A stretch of DNA of 48,687 nt from Eubacteriales bacterium (lineage in GTDB: Bacteria; Bacillota; Clostridia; Oscillospirales; CAG-382): contig JAZOSQ010000012.1 of NCBI GenBank assembly GCA_045657245.1, forward strand, positions 1 through 48,687. Direction: 5' to 3'. Positions 10,732 through 20,636 of this stretch are shown here, piece after piece. Every line of letters starts with the position of its first letter. The first letter of the stretch is position 1. The position numbers and the translations under genes were made by a program. The notes under the pieces are model-generated. The model saw only the letters and a list, made by a program, of their open reading frames with translations. It was not told the DNA's origin and searched no databases.

Positions 10732-11958
10732 ATGAAAAATATGAGCAAATGTATTGTCGTCGGTGGCGGTCCTGCGGGGCTGTTCACCGCAATAAACGCC
10801 GCAAAAAACGGTAACGAGGTTATTCTCATCGAGAAAAACGACCGTTGCGGAAGAAAACTTGATATAACGGGCAAGGGAAGATGTAACGTAACGAATATGT
10901 GCTCCCGTGAGGAATTCTTACAGAACGTTATTGCCAACCCTCGTTTCCTTATGGGCGCGATATCTCGTTTTTCGCCCGAGGACACTGTTGAATTCTTCGA
11001 ATCCGAAGGTGTTCCGACGAAGGTCGAGCGAGGCAACCGTGTTTTCCCTGTCAGCGATAGGGCAAACGATATCACGTCTGCGCTTGTCAACGCTTGCAAG
11101 CGAGAGGGCGTTAAGCTCCTTCGCAAGAACGTCACGGCGATAATCGTTTCCGACGGTAAAGCCGTTGGGGTTCGTTGCGGGAACGAGAGCATCGAGGCGG
11201 ATTCTGTTGTAATCGCTTGCGGTGGCAGTTCCTATCCGAAAACCGGTTCCGACGGAAGCGGACATAAGCTTGCCGAAAGCGTCGGGCATACGGTAACGAA
11301 GATTCGTCCTTCGCTCGTTCCGCTTGTTTCTCCCGATAAGATTTGCTCGGACTGTATGGGGCTTTCCCTCAAAAACGTTGGTGTTTCCTTCTATGGAAAC
11401 GGAAAGAAACCGCTTTATTACGAGCAGGGCGAGATGATGTTCACCCATTTCGGTGTGACAGGCCCTGTTATACTTTCCGCATCGTCATATCTTAAAGATG
11501 AATTCCCATATAAGATGTTCATCGATATGAAACCCGCGCTTGACGAAAAAACACTCGATAAACGACTTCTTCGCGACTTTTCGGAGAACCCGAACCGCGA
11601 TCTCAAAAACGGTTTTTCGGCGCTGTTGCCCTCAAAACTTATAATGCCGTTTATTAAATTGACGGGAATCGCTCCCGAAACAAAGCTCAATTCGATAACG
11701 AAAGAGCAGAGAGCAAAGATTCTTTCGCTTCTCAAAGCGATTCCGATTACAATAAACGGAACACGTCCGATAAACGAGGCGATCGTAACGGGCGGCGGTG
11801 TCGATTGTAAAGAAATCGACCCGAAAACGATGGAATCGAAGCTTGTTAAAGACCTCTATTTCGTCGGCGAGGTTCTCGACGTCGATGCCTATACGGGCGG
11901 ATTTAATCTGCAGATTGCTTTCTCGACGGCTTTCGTCTGCGGAACTTCAATATGGTGA
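10732..11958 (+). CDS. HI0933/BaiN (YhiN)-family flavoprotein; start may be 10741
   Basis: VVGGGPAG, GRKLDITGKGRCNVTN, GGSSYPKTGSDGSG, FTHFGVTGP, VTGGGV, GEVLDVDAYTGGFNLQIAFSTA. Confidence 0.93.
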   Translation: MKNMSKCIVVGGGPAGLFTAINAAKNGNEVILIEKNDRCGRKLDITGKGRCNVTNMCSREEFLQNVIANPRFLMGAISRFSPEDTVEFFESEGVPTKVERGNRVFPVSDRANDITSALVNACKREGVKLLRKNVTAIIVSDGKAVGVRCGNESIEADSVVIACGGSSYPKTGSDGSGHKLAESVGHTVTKIRPSLVPLVSPDKICSDCMGLSLKNVGVSFYGNGKKPLYYEQGEMMFTHFGVTGPVILSASSYLKDEFPYKMFIDMKPALDEKTLDKRLLRDFSENPNRDLKNGFSALLPSKLIMPFIKLTGIAPETKLNSITKEQRAKILSLLKAIPITINGTRPINEAIVTGGGVDCKEIDPKTMESKLVKDLYFVGEVLDVDAYTGGFNLQIAFSTAFVCGTSIW

Positions 11959-11968
11959 TAAACCCAAT

Positions 11969-11999
11969 AAAAAAGAGACTCGAAAGAGTCTCTTTTTTT
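11969..11999. terminator. bidirectional intrinsic terminator
   Basis: AAAAAAGAGACTC-GAAA-GAGTCTCTTTTTTT. Confidence 0.85.
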
Positions 12000-12007
12000 G
12001 TTGCTTG

Positions 12008-12020
12008 TTTGGCGGAGAAG
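12008..12020 (-). repeat. tRNA-3'-end-like 13-mer, left copy (possible att remnant)
   Basis: TTTGGCGGAGAAG is the reverse complement of CTTCTCCGCCAAA. An identical copy lies at 47851-47863. Confidence 0.45.
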
Positions 12021-12112
12021 AAGGTTTTTCCGCAGACTTTATAAGTCCATTCGGCACTTCTCGAGGTGTAAAAAAATGACGGACTCGTTTGCGAATCCGT
12101 CGTGAATTTAAT

Positions 12113-12709
12113 TTATGCGCGTCCTTTTGGGTTGGGGCCGTATTTGTTTTCGCCAAATTCGCTGTCGGAGAGAATAAGCGTCATCGAGATTAATTGTCCA
12201 ACTACCGGAATACATGCCACAAACACAGAACTACCTTCATATCCGGCATCATGTAATCTTCTGACAAGGCCTGACGTTAAACTGAGATACATACAAAGCT
12301 CATATGGCCAGAAGAAAAGATACATAAGAGGAACAAAAGTTGCGACGAGCAACAATAAGGAGCCCATTATGATATGTGCGAGAATACTTAGAAAATATTC
12401 TTTTCTTCTGCTTCGTCCGTGAAAGTTAAATATTTTTTTGAGGGAACTGATATATGCAGTGAACAAATTATAGTTTTCCACTCTTGCTTCGGGAGCGTCT
12501 TTGATTTCTCCATCTTGATTGCGCGCGAATCTATATCCGCATTGTGCACATTTGAATATGATTGTTTTCTGCGGTTTGAAAAAAGATAGATCGTCGCATC
12601 CGCATTTCGGGCAATTTAGTTTCTTTTCGATTTTTACGTCGCAGTAGGGGCATTTTTTCTCACTGTCGGAAATGTTTTTTCCGCAATTGTTGCATTTTAT
12701 TAATGCCAT
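12113..12709 (-). CDS. Zn-ribbon plus DUF805 membrane protein
   Basis: N-terminal CxxC pairs (MALIKCNNCG...CPYC, CPKC...CAQC); DUF805 motifs FHGRSRRKEYF, VRRLHDAG, GENKYGPNP; RBS AGGAG; promoter TTGACA-17-TATATT at 12797-12769. Confidence 0.88.
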   Translation of the reverse strand: MALIKCNNCGKNISDSEKKCPYCDVKIEKKLNCPKCGCDDLSFFKPQKTIIFKCAQCGYRFARNQDGEIKDAPEARVENYNLFTAYISSLKKIFNFHGRSRRKEYFLSILAHIIMGSLLLLVATFVPLMYLFFWPYELCMYLSLTSGLVRRLHDAGYEGSSVFVACIPVVGQLISMTLILSDSEFGENKYGPNPKGRA

Positions 12710-12839
12710 AATTAATTATCTCCTTAAAAAATGAAACATTTTGACATATTATCACGTCATCAAGTAACAATATACCATAGTATTTTTACAATGTCAAGCA
12801 ATTAGGTACAAGCTCTTTTTCGGGTAGTACTTTTTATAT

Positions 12840-13043
12840 AGTGATATTCTGTGCTTTTCGCACAGAGTGATATTTCCCTTTCGGGAAGTGATATTGAAAT
12901 CTTGCGATTTCAGTGGTATTTTATTCGCCCATAAACTGCCGAAGGCAATAGCACTTGGACTTTTGTCCAAATATCACTGCGTAGCAATATCACTCGCCGC
13001 AAGGCGAATAAAACTGCCCAAGTGTCCTTAAGAACACTTGGGC
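12840..13043. repeat. structured array of AGTGATATT / AATATCACT motifs separated by short hairpins (MITE-like or structured RNA)
   Basis: AGTG(A/G)TATT at 12840, 12866, 12887 and 12912; complementary AATATCACT-like copies at 12947, 12970, 12986 and 13007; nearly every spacer is a small stem-loop. Confidence 0.75.
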
Positions 13044-13069
13044 AAAGAGTCTCTTTTTTGTCGGGTGAT

Positions 13070-13726
13070 TTATTGAATATTTTCTTTTTTTGCGGTGATC
13101 GAGTCTTCTTTTGTGAATTCGATTTCTTCTTTCTTGAACACAACCGCAACGGTCTTGAAGAGGATCTTGATATCCATCCACAGGCTGAAATTGTTGATAT
13201 ATTCGAGGTCGAAAGCAATCTTTTCGGTCCAAGTCAAGCCGTTACGTCCGTTGACTTGTGCATATCCCGTAACACCGGGGCGCATCTCGAAACGACGGCG
13301 TTGTTCGGCGGTATAGCTTTCCGCCTGATAAGGTAAGGTGGGACGAGGACCAACAAAACTCATCGTGCCGTTGAGTATATTGAACAACTGCATCAATTCG
13401 TCAAGACTGGTTTTTCTCAAAAACGCGCCGACTTTGGTTATACGTGTCGAAGACGGTTCCAAAAGCTCGCCGTTCGGTTTGTACAATACGCCGTTGACGT
13501 TGTAAGTGCCTTCGGGGGGCAAGGACATTGTGCGGAACTTATAGATATTGAAAACCTTGCCGTCTTTGCCCATACGTTCCTGAACGAACACAGCAGGTCC
13601 CTTCGAGGTCAATTTGATGACGATCGGAATGACGATCAAAACAGGAATCGCGATCAAAAACAGAATGATCAACGAGGCTGCAACGATATCAAAAGCACGT
13701 TTAATAAACAGTTGAAACGATTTCAT
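13070..13726 (-). CDS. priming sugar transferase (polyprenyl-phosphate phosphoglycosyltransferase)
   Basis: IKRAFDI, IYKFRTM, RKTSLDELMQLFNILNGTMSFVGPRP, RPGVTGYAQVNGRN, DIKILFKT. Confidence 0.93.
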   Translation of the reverse strand: MKSFQLFIKRAFDIVAASLIILFLIAIPVLIVIPIVIKLTSKGPAVFVQERMGKDGKVFNIYKFRTMSLPPEGTYNVNGVLYKPNGELLEPSSTRITKVGAFLRKTSLDELMQLFNILNGTMSFVGPRPTLPYQAESYTAEQRRRFEMRPGVTGYAQVNGRNGLTWTEKIAFDLEYINNFSLWMDIKILFKTVAVVFKKEEIEFTKEDSITAKKENIQ

Positions 13727-13743
13727 GTGTGTACTCCATTAGC

Positions 13744-14763
13744 TTATCTATTACTATACATCTTTTCGTAATAGTTTTGATATTCACCCGAAATTATGGT
13801 TTCCCACCATTCGCGGTTGTCAAGATACCATTGAATGGTTTTTTGGATTCCGTCGGCAAACTTGGTTTCGGGCAACCAACCCAATTCGTTATGAATCTTG
13901 GTCGGGTCGATCGCGTAGCGCATATCGTGACCCTTGCGGTCTGCCACATAGGTTATCAAACTTTCGGGTTTGCCGAGCGCCTTGCAGATTATTTTGACAA
14001 TGTCGATGTTCTTCATTTCGTTGTGACCGCCGATGTTATAAACTTCGCCGACACGGCCGTTATGAATAATAAGATCGATCGCTTTGCAATGGTCTTCAAC
14101 ATAGAGCCAATCTCGAACGTTCAAGCCCTCGCCGTATACGGGAAGCGGTTTGTCGTTCAACGCGTTGGCAATCATCAAGGGGATCAACTTTTCGGGGAAG
14201 TGATAGGGTCCGTAGTTGTTAGAACAACGTGACACCGTCACAGGCAAACCGAACGTGCGGTAATATGCCAAAACCAAGAGGTCTGCGCCCGCCTTCGAGC
14301 TCGAATAGGGAGAGCTTGTGTGAAGGGGTGTTTCCTCGGTGAAGAAAAGGTCGGGGCGGTCGAGAGGTAAATCACCATAAACCTCGTCGGTCGAAACCTG
14401 ATGATATCTCTTGATACCGTATTGACGGCAAGCGTCCATAAGAACCTGTGTGCCGAGAATGTTTGTTTTCAAGAATATTCCGGGGTCTTCGATAGAACGG
14501 TCAACGTGACTTTCAGCCGCAAAGTTAACCACGATATCGGGATGTTCTTCTTCAAAGAGATTAAATACCGCGTCACGGTCGCAAATATCCGCTTTTATAA
14601 AACGGAAATTCGGATTTTCCATAACAGGTGCCAAGGTGGACAAATTGCCTGCATAGGTTAGTTTATCCAAGCATACAATGCGATAATCGGGATATTTTTT
14701 CAACATATGGAACACGAAGTTCGAGCCGATAAATCCGGCGCCTCCGGTTACAATGATTGTCAT
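13744..14763 (-). CDS. rfbB: dTDP-glucose 4,6-dehydratase
   Basis: GGAGFIGSNF, DKLTYAGN, AAESHVDRSI, STDEVYG, YSSSK, NNYGPYHFPEKLIP. Confidence 0.96.
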   Translation of the reverse strand: MTIIVTGGAGFIGSNFVFHMLKKYPDYRIVCLDKLTYAGNLSTLAPVMENPNFRFIKADICDRDAVFNLFEEEHPDIVVNFAAESHVDRSIEDPGIFLKTNILGTQVLMDACRQYGIKRYHQVSTDEVYGDLPLDRPDLFFTEETPLHTSSPYSSSKAGADLLVLAYYRTFGLPVTVSRCSNNYGPYHFPEKLIPLMIANALNDKPLPVYGEGLNVRDWLYVEDHCKAIDLIIHNGRVGEVYNIGGHNEMKNIDIVKIICKALGKPESLITYVADRKGHDMRYAIDPTKIHNELGWLPETKFADGIQKTIQWYLDNREWWETIISGEYQNYYEKMYSNR

Positions 14764-14830
14764 GGTGCGTTCTCCTTATAGCCGAAAAGAGTTGAACTCA
14801 ATTCGGTTTCTTATTATAACTTCACAAAAT

Positions 14831-15691
14831 TTATACCAAAGACAGCAAATACTGTCCGTAATCGGTCATTTCTAAACTTTTGCCTAAAGCGCGAAGCTCT
14901 TCGTCGGAAATGAAACCTCGACGCCATGCAATTTCTTCGATACAAGAAATATACAAACCTTGACGGTCCTGAACCGCTTCCACAAATTGAGATGCCTTCA
15001 ACATACCGTCGGGTGTACCTGTGTCAAGCCAAGCGATACCGCGTCCGAGAAGTTCGACACGGAGTTCGCCGGAAGCGAGATATTCGTTGTTGATCGCGGT
15101 GATTTCGATTTCGCCTCTTGCAGACGGCTTAACGTTTTTCGCGATATTAACAACACGGTTGTCATAGAAATATAATCCGGGGACTGCATAATTGGACTTG
15201 GGTTGTGCCGGTTTTTCTTCAATCGAAACAACCTTGCGGTCGGAATCGAATTCAACAACACCAAAAGCACGGGCATCTTTTACGGGATATCCAAAGATGG
15301 TCGCGCCCTTAAGATTGTCGATAGCACGGCGCATATGTTTGGTCATATCCTGACCGAAGAATACGTTGTCGCCCAAAACAAGACAAACGCTGTCGTCACC
15401 GATGAATTCTTCGCCAATTATGAACGCGTCGGCAAGCCCGCGGGGTTGGTCCTGAACGGCATATTCGATCGAAATACCGATTTGAGAACCGTCGCCGAGC
15501 AAGGTTTCATAATCGCCGATATCTTCCGGCGTCGAAATGATCAAAACTTCGCGGATACTTGCGAGCATCAACATCGACAAGGGGTAATAGATCAACGGCT
15601 TGTCATAGATGGGGAGTAACTGTTTGGAAACCGCCTTGGTCATAGGATAGAGTCGGGTGCCTTTACCACCCGCCAAAATGATGCCTTTCAT
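14831..15691 (-). CDS. rfbA: glucose-1-phosphate thymidylyltransferase
   Basis: [50 protein letters not shown]. Confidence 0.96.
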   Translation of the reverse strand: MKGIILAGGKGTRLYPMTKAVSKQLLPIYDKPLIYYPLSMLMLASIREVLIISTPEDIGDYETLLGDGSQIGISIEYAVQDQPRGLADAFIIGEEFIGDDSVCLVLGDNVFFGQDMTKHMRRAIDNLKGATIFGYPVKDARAFGVVEFDSDRKVVSIEEKPAQPKSNYAVPGLYFYDNRVVNIAKNVKPSARGEIEITAINNEYLASGELRVELLGRGIAWLDTGTPDGMLKASQFVEAVQDRQGLYISCIEEIAWRRGFISDEELRALGKSLEMTDYGQYLLSLV

Positions 15692-15718
15692 ATTGGAAGC
15701 ACCTCCCGGTTTAAGAAA

Positions 15719-16828
15719 TTATTTCAAGATAATATCGCAGATTCTGTCCACGTCTTCGGGGGTCAATTCTGCATATAACGGAAGAGTCAACACGCGTTCG
15801 GCAATCCTTTTTGCGACGGGTGTGTCCTTCTCGGCATTTCCGTAGACGTTTTTATAACATTCAAATTCGTTGGTGAGGGGATAGAAATATTTACGGGCGA
15901 TGATGTTGTTTTCTTCCAAAGCAGAATAAACCTCATCGCGATTTAATTTATATCCGTCGAACACGACGGGGAAATATGCATAGTTGGATTCGACGTCCTT
16001 TTGTTCGGGGCAAAGCTTGATTCCGTCAACGTCGGACAAGCGTTTGCGATATTGCTCGACAGCCAAACGGCGTTTTCCGATCTCTTCGTTCAAATGGCGG
16101 AGATTACAAATGCCCATTGCTGCCTGAAACTCGCTCATTTTTGCGTTAGTTCCGACGTATACACATTCTTCCTGACCTTCCAAACCGAAGCCCTTCATTT
16201 TGTTCAAACGGTCATACAACGAAGCGTCCTTGAAGCTGAGTGAACCGCCTTCGATCGTATTATATACCTTCGTCGCATGAAAACTGAACATCGACACGTC
16301 GCCGAAATTCGAGGAATGTATTCCTTTATAGGTTGCACCGAAAGCGTGCGCGGAATCATAAATGACCTTCAAGTTATGCTTTTTTGCAATACGTTCGATT
16401 TCTTCGACGTCGCAGAAATTACCGTATACGTGAACGGGAACGATCGCGCAAGTGCGAGGGGTAATCAAACCTTCGATTTTGGAAACGTCCATCGTATAGT
16501 CGGTTTCGTTTACGTCGCAAAAGACGGGAACCAAACCGTTACGAACGATTGAATGGGTCGTGGAAACGAAGGTGAAGGGTGTTGTGATAACTTCTCCGCC
16601 TTTCGGGAGATCCATAACGGCGATGGCCTGTTCCAAAGCCAAATGACCGTTTGTGTATAACACAAGGTTCTCTGCACCCAAAAACGCTTTCAAATCGGAT
16701 TCTAATTGGCGGTGTTTCGCACCGTTATTGGTCAACCAACGGCTTTCCCACAACTCTTTGATCTCCTCGCAATATTCTTCAAAAGGAGGCATCGAAGAAC
16801 GGGTGACGTTAATTCTGTTCGTTGACAT
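15719..16828 (-). CDS. DegT/DnrJ/EryC1/StrS sugar aminotransferase (VioA-like)
   Basis: WLTNNG, TTPFTFVST, VHVYGN, DSAHAFG, SFHATKVYNTIEGG, NAKMSEFQAAMG, RKYFYP. Start set at ATG 16828 using the AGGAG RBS. Confidence 0.9.
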   Translation of the reverse strand: MSTNRINVTRSSMPPFEEYCEEIKELWESRWLTNNGAKHRQLESDLKAFLGAENLVLYTNGHLALEQAIAVMDLPKGGEVITTPFTFVSTTHSIVRNGLVPVFCDVNETDYTMDVSKIEGLITPRTCAIVPVHVYGNFCDVEEIERIAKKHNLKVIYDSAHAFGATYKGIHSSNFGDVSMFSFHATKVYNTIEGGSLSFKDASLYDRLNKMKGFGLEGQEECVYVGTNAKMSEFQAAMGICNLRHLNEEIGKRRLAVEQYRKRLSDVDGIKLCPEQKDVESNYAYFPVVFDGYKLNRDEVYSALEENNIIARKYFYPLTNEFECYKNVYGNAEKDTPVAKRIAERVLTLPLYAELTPEDVDRICDIILK

Positions 16829-16870
16829 GATGAAAGTTCTCCTGATATTCAAAAATTCAAAAGGTTTTTA

Positions 16871-18103
16871 TTATTCGAAAAACAACGAGGTCAAGAGATC
16901 GTGTCGCATAATATCGTTTCCGCTGGGATCTAAAACACGGATACGGCTGACAGCAATATCATAATTACGGCAGATTTCTTCTTTTGTGTTGCCCTGAACG
17001 GTGAAACCTGCGATACGGTCGCCGCTGTTTGTAGCACCGCCGATTTTAGCTCCTTGCCATTTGAACACAAAATATTCCGAAATAACGCCTTCTTGCTTCA
17101 ATTCTTCGAATCCGTCCAAACGGTCGTAAACACCGGAAGTACAATAAATGAAAACGTTGGAAATATATTTCGTTTCGGGAGGAGCGATTTCAACGTGAGG
17201 AACCTGTTTCAAGGTAAGGTCGACAACCGCTTTGATAACGTCAAAGCCCGAAACACGTTTTATAAGCTGATATTTAACACCGCCGCCCGTTCTTGCGCTG
17301 AATTCCAAAACATAGACGTGTTCGCCGTCGGAAATCATCTGAATGAGCATCAACGAGTTTTCAAGTCCGAACGCATCGGCGATTTGTTGGGCTGTTTCTT
17401 CAATCTGTCGGCAGACCGAATCCTTTTCCGCAATCGGATATCGGGTTCTGAAAATAACGAATTTATCGTCGTCGGCAATCTTATCGCTGTATGCTGTGGA
17501 CAATACGTGCGCTTTGCCGTGTTCAACCTGTACGTCAACCGTGATTTCGGGGCCTTGAATGAACTCTTCAACAATGGCTGTGTCGGTACGGCTTAATTCC
17601 ACCGCCTGAACAAACGCTTCCTTCAATTCCTGTTCGTTATATGCCTTTTTGACACCCTTCGAGCTGTTGCAATCCACCGGCTTAACGATAACGGGATAAC
17701 GGAAGGAATCAAGTTGAGTCATATCCAATTCACCCATTACGGCGAATTTGGCGGTCGAGATGTTGTTCTTCGCGAACACATCTTTCATATACGACTTGTT
17801 GGTCACGTTAAGCGCAGTTTGATAGTCAAGATAGGTTGGCAACCCCAAGATTTCCGAAACCTTAGCCACTGTCAAAAGAGCTTGGTCGGTGCAAGCGGTA
17901 ATGAGAAAGTCAACCTTCTCATCGCGAGCCACTCGTGTGATTGCATCAACGTCTAATGTGGATTCTTGATAAAATATATCGGCATACGGTTTTGCCACGG
18001 GGTTGGGATAATAGTCAGCCAACACTGTGGTAATTCCACGACTTTTCAGTTCTTGAAGCAGTGCGATTTGAGGGTATCCGCCTGCCAAAACCAAAGCTTT
18101 CAT
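16871..18103 (-). CDS. ATP-grasp domain protein
   Basis: NKSYMK, PVIVKPVDCNSSKGV, IVEEFIQGPE, LEFSARTGGG. Confidence 0.85.
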   Translation of the reverse strand: MKALVLAGGYPQIALLQELKSRGITTVLADYYPNPVAKPYADIFYQESTLDVDAITRVARDEKVDFLITACTDQALLTVAKVSEILGLPTYLDYQTALNVTNKSYMKDVFAKNNISTAKFAVMGELDMTQLDSFRYPVIVKPVDCNSSKGVKKAYNEQELKEAFVQAVELSRTDTAIVEEFIQGPEITVDVQVEHGKAHVLSTAYSDKIADDDKFVIFRTRYPIAEKDSVCRQIEETAQQIADAFGLENSLMLIQMISDGEHVYVLEFSARTGGGVKYQLIKRVSGFDVIKAVVDLTLKQVPHVEIAPPETKYISNVFIYCTSGVYDRLDGFEELKQEGVISEYFVFKWQGAKIGGATNSGDRIAGFTVQGNTKEEICRNYDIAVSRIRVLDPSGNDIMRHDLLTSLFFE

Positions 18104-18137
18104 AATTTATACCTCTGCATTGCGGTAGATTCGGTTA

Positions 18138-19589
18138 TTAACTATGTTTGTGGGCCTTTTTTCGAAGAATACCCATCAACATACGAAACGGCGAGAGTTT
18201 GAATATAATCGAGCCGCCAATATATATGGCAACGCCGATTGCGATTTGCAACGTAATTAATGCAAGCGGACTCAAAGCCAAGAAATGAGGGAGAGCGAAC
18301 ACGGCGCCAAACATAACTCCGGAAAGAACGAACGAGGGTGCGACGTCAAGCATCTGTTCTCCATAGGAATAATCTATCAACTTCTTGCTTGGAGAAGCAT
18401 TGACAAAACTGCTGAGAATCGAAGTGATTGCACCTGTAAGAGCGATGGCTATGGGGGAGTCAAAGCAGGTCACTGCGATTACAAGTGCGGCTATTCCGTA
18501 CATTTTCTTGATGATTTCAAGCTTCAAGAACAAATCGCTTCGTCCGACAGCATTGATTGCTTGTAGGTTGCACGAATGTACCGGATAAAAAGCAAAGGTG
18601 AAGCAATAAATTTGCAGGTACGGAACGCATGGCAACCATTTATCGGTCAACAACAATCGTACCAACGGTTCGGCTACACCCGCCAAACCCGCCATAATCG
18701 GGAAAATAATGTATGCGCTGACTGTGATGGAGTTGCGCATCATCTTTTTGAGAGTGTCTTTATGGTCCTGTTCGGCAGACATAGCGGAAAGCATAACACT
18801 TTGCACGGTGTTGTTGACTGCATTGATGATGAATTGGGGGAACTGTTTTCCGCGGTTATAATGACCGAGGGTTTTGGAATTGTATTTTTTTCCGATGACC
18901 AAGGTACGTAAATCTTGGTACAGCGTGTCAATCAAACCGGAAACCATCAATTTCCAACCGAACGAAAGAAGAATTTTAATGCGTTTCAGGTTGAAAACGA
19001 ACTTTGGGCGCCATTTTACCGTGAACCACATTACGATACACGCAATAACCACGTTTGATGAAAATTGCGCTACCAAAGCCCACAAACCGGCACCGTTCAA
19101 CGCAAGAACAATACCGATGACACCGGAAACAATAACCGCTGCCACGTTGCTGCGAAAAACGTGTTTGAAATCCATTTTTCGGTTTACAATAGCAAGCTGA
19201 ACAGCGTTCAACGAACCGGGGAAGAGGACCAAGCACAAAACTCGGAAGGGAGAAACTAAATCTGGCATTTGGTAAAACGACGCAATCAATGGAGCAGACG
19301 CAAACAAAATGCCGTATATAATTCCGGCGATACCCAAGGACATCCAAAACACCGAAGAATAATCTTCTTCGGTAACGTCCTTATTTTGAACCAACGCTGT
19401 GTTAAAGCCACGTTGAATGAATACATTAGCCAACGTGGTGAAGATGATCATTAAAGAAAGTGTTCCGTAGTGCTCGGGGCTCAATAGACGAGCCAAAAGA
19501 ATTTGAAGCACGAACTGGCTGCCCTGTACGCCGAAGCGTTCCATAAGCTTCCAGCCTAAAGCACTACCGATTTTTTTACTAGAACTCAA
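18138..19589 (-). CDS. wzx: Wzx-type (WzxC-like) polysaccharide flippase
   Basis: LARLLSPEHYG, LVIGKKY...LGHYNRG, LLTDKWLP, GRSDLFLKLEIIKK; about 12-14 TM; TTG start with AAGGAGG RBS. Confidence 0.88.
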   Translation of the reverse strand: MSSSKKIGSALGWKLMERFGVQGSQFVLQILLARLLSPEHYGTLSLMIIFTTLANVFIQRGFNTALVQNKDVTEEDYSSVFWMSLGIAGIIYGILFASAPLIASFYQMPDLVSPFRVLCLVLFPGSLNAVQLAIVNRKMDFKHVFRSNVAAVIVSGVIGIVLALNGAGLWALVAQFSSNVVIACIVMWFTVKWRPKFVFNLKRIKILLSFGWKLMVSGLIDTLYQDLRTLVIGKKYNSKTLGHYNRGKQFPQFIINAVNNTVQSVMLSAMSAEQDHKDTLKKMMRNSITVSAYIIFPIMAGLAGVAEPLVRLLLTDKWLPCVPYLQIYCFTFAFYPVHSCNLQAINAVGRSDLFLKLEIIKKMYGIAALVIAVTCFDSPIAIALTGAITSILSSFVNASPSKKLIDYSYGEQMLDVAPSFVLSGVMFGAVFALPHFLALSPLALITLQIAIGVAIYIGGSIIFKLSPFRMLMGILRKKAHKHS

Positions 19590-19648
19590 CGGAGAGCCTC
19601 CTTAAATGTACGGGAACTTGAGCAACGATAAGGAAGAGTTGTTCAAGA

Positions 19649-20611
19649 TTAATGTTTCACAAGAGAGTATAGCTTCGATACCGTAAGACAGGGAATATAT
19701 CCCATTGCCAAAGATAGGCTTCGGATTTTCAACGATAATCCGGCGCGTTTGTCCTTGAACAAAGGACGAATTAACGGTTTGATTTCGTTACGTACACGTC
19801 GGAATAATTCGCGATCGGTCTTGCCCAAAACCAAACGATGCGCGATATCGATAATTTTCATCGCACAGCGAGCGCGCGCGGCGGGAGCCGCTTCAGGATA
19901 ACGAGCCAATATGTATTCAAGCTGGTTTTTGGTGGCGGTGATGCCATATAAATGTCTTTCGGTGATTACGGCATGGGTTATGCTTTCTTCGCGCTGTCGC
20001 CAAAAATAAATAGCTCGCGTGCCATAAGCCACAGCTTCGGTATCGCCGATTATTTTATGAGTGGTGTCGATATCTTCATATAGTTGACCTGCCGGATAGG
20101 GATAGGTTTCAACCAAATGACGTTTGTATAATTTACCCCACGCGCAGATGCTGATTTTGTTGTAACAAATTTGAGTCAACGCTTCAACGGGAGATAGCTT
20201 TCTGTCGGTCTCCGCTTTTTGTGGGATTATGGGTTCGGAACCGTCCCAAAACAACACGCGTTCCGCAATAGCAACAACCACGTCGTGTTTTTCCGCCAAA
20301 TAAACCAAATATTCGATATAATCCGACGAAACATAGTCATCGGAGTCAATGAACGTGACATATTCGCCGGTTGCGATTTTAACACCTTCGTTTCGAGCGG
20401 CAGACAAGCCGGCATTCGCTTGATGAATGACTTTGGTATTCGGATGTGTTTGTGCATAAATATCGCACATTTCTCCGCAGGTATCGGGAGAACCGTCATC
20501 TACGAGAATCAACTCGAAGTCACGATAGGTTTGTTTATCGATAGAATCCAAGCATATCGGCAGATAGGTTTCCACACGATAAACCGGAATGATTACACTT
20601 ACTTTCGGCAT
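19649..20611 (-). CDS. glycosyltransferase family 2
   Basis: VSVIIPVY, ILVDDGSPD, GLSAARNEG, FIDSDD. Confidence 0.92.
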   Translation of the reverse strand: MPKVSVIIPVYRVETYLPICLDSIDKQTYRDFELILVDDGSPDTCGEMCDIYAQTHPNTKVIHQANAGLSAARNEGVKIATGEYVTFIDSDDYVSSDYIEYLVYLAEKHDVVVAIAERVLFWDGSEPIIPQKAETDRKLSPVEALTQICYNKISICAWGKLYKRHLVETYPYPAGQLYEDIDTTHKIIGDTEAVAYGTRAIYFWRQREESITHAVITERHLYGITATKNQLEYILARYPEAAPAARARCAMKIIDIAHRLVLGKTDRELFRRVRNEIKPLIRPLFKDKRAGLSLKIRSLSLAMGYIPCLTVSKLYSLVKH

Positions 20612-20636
20612 TCAATTATATCTCCTTTGATGATGG

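Noticed and set aside
8838-11192. 784-aa minus-strand ORF spanning glyQS and its neighbours
   Set aside because: Antisense to three well-supported genes, with non-protein-like composition.
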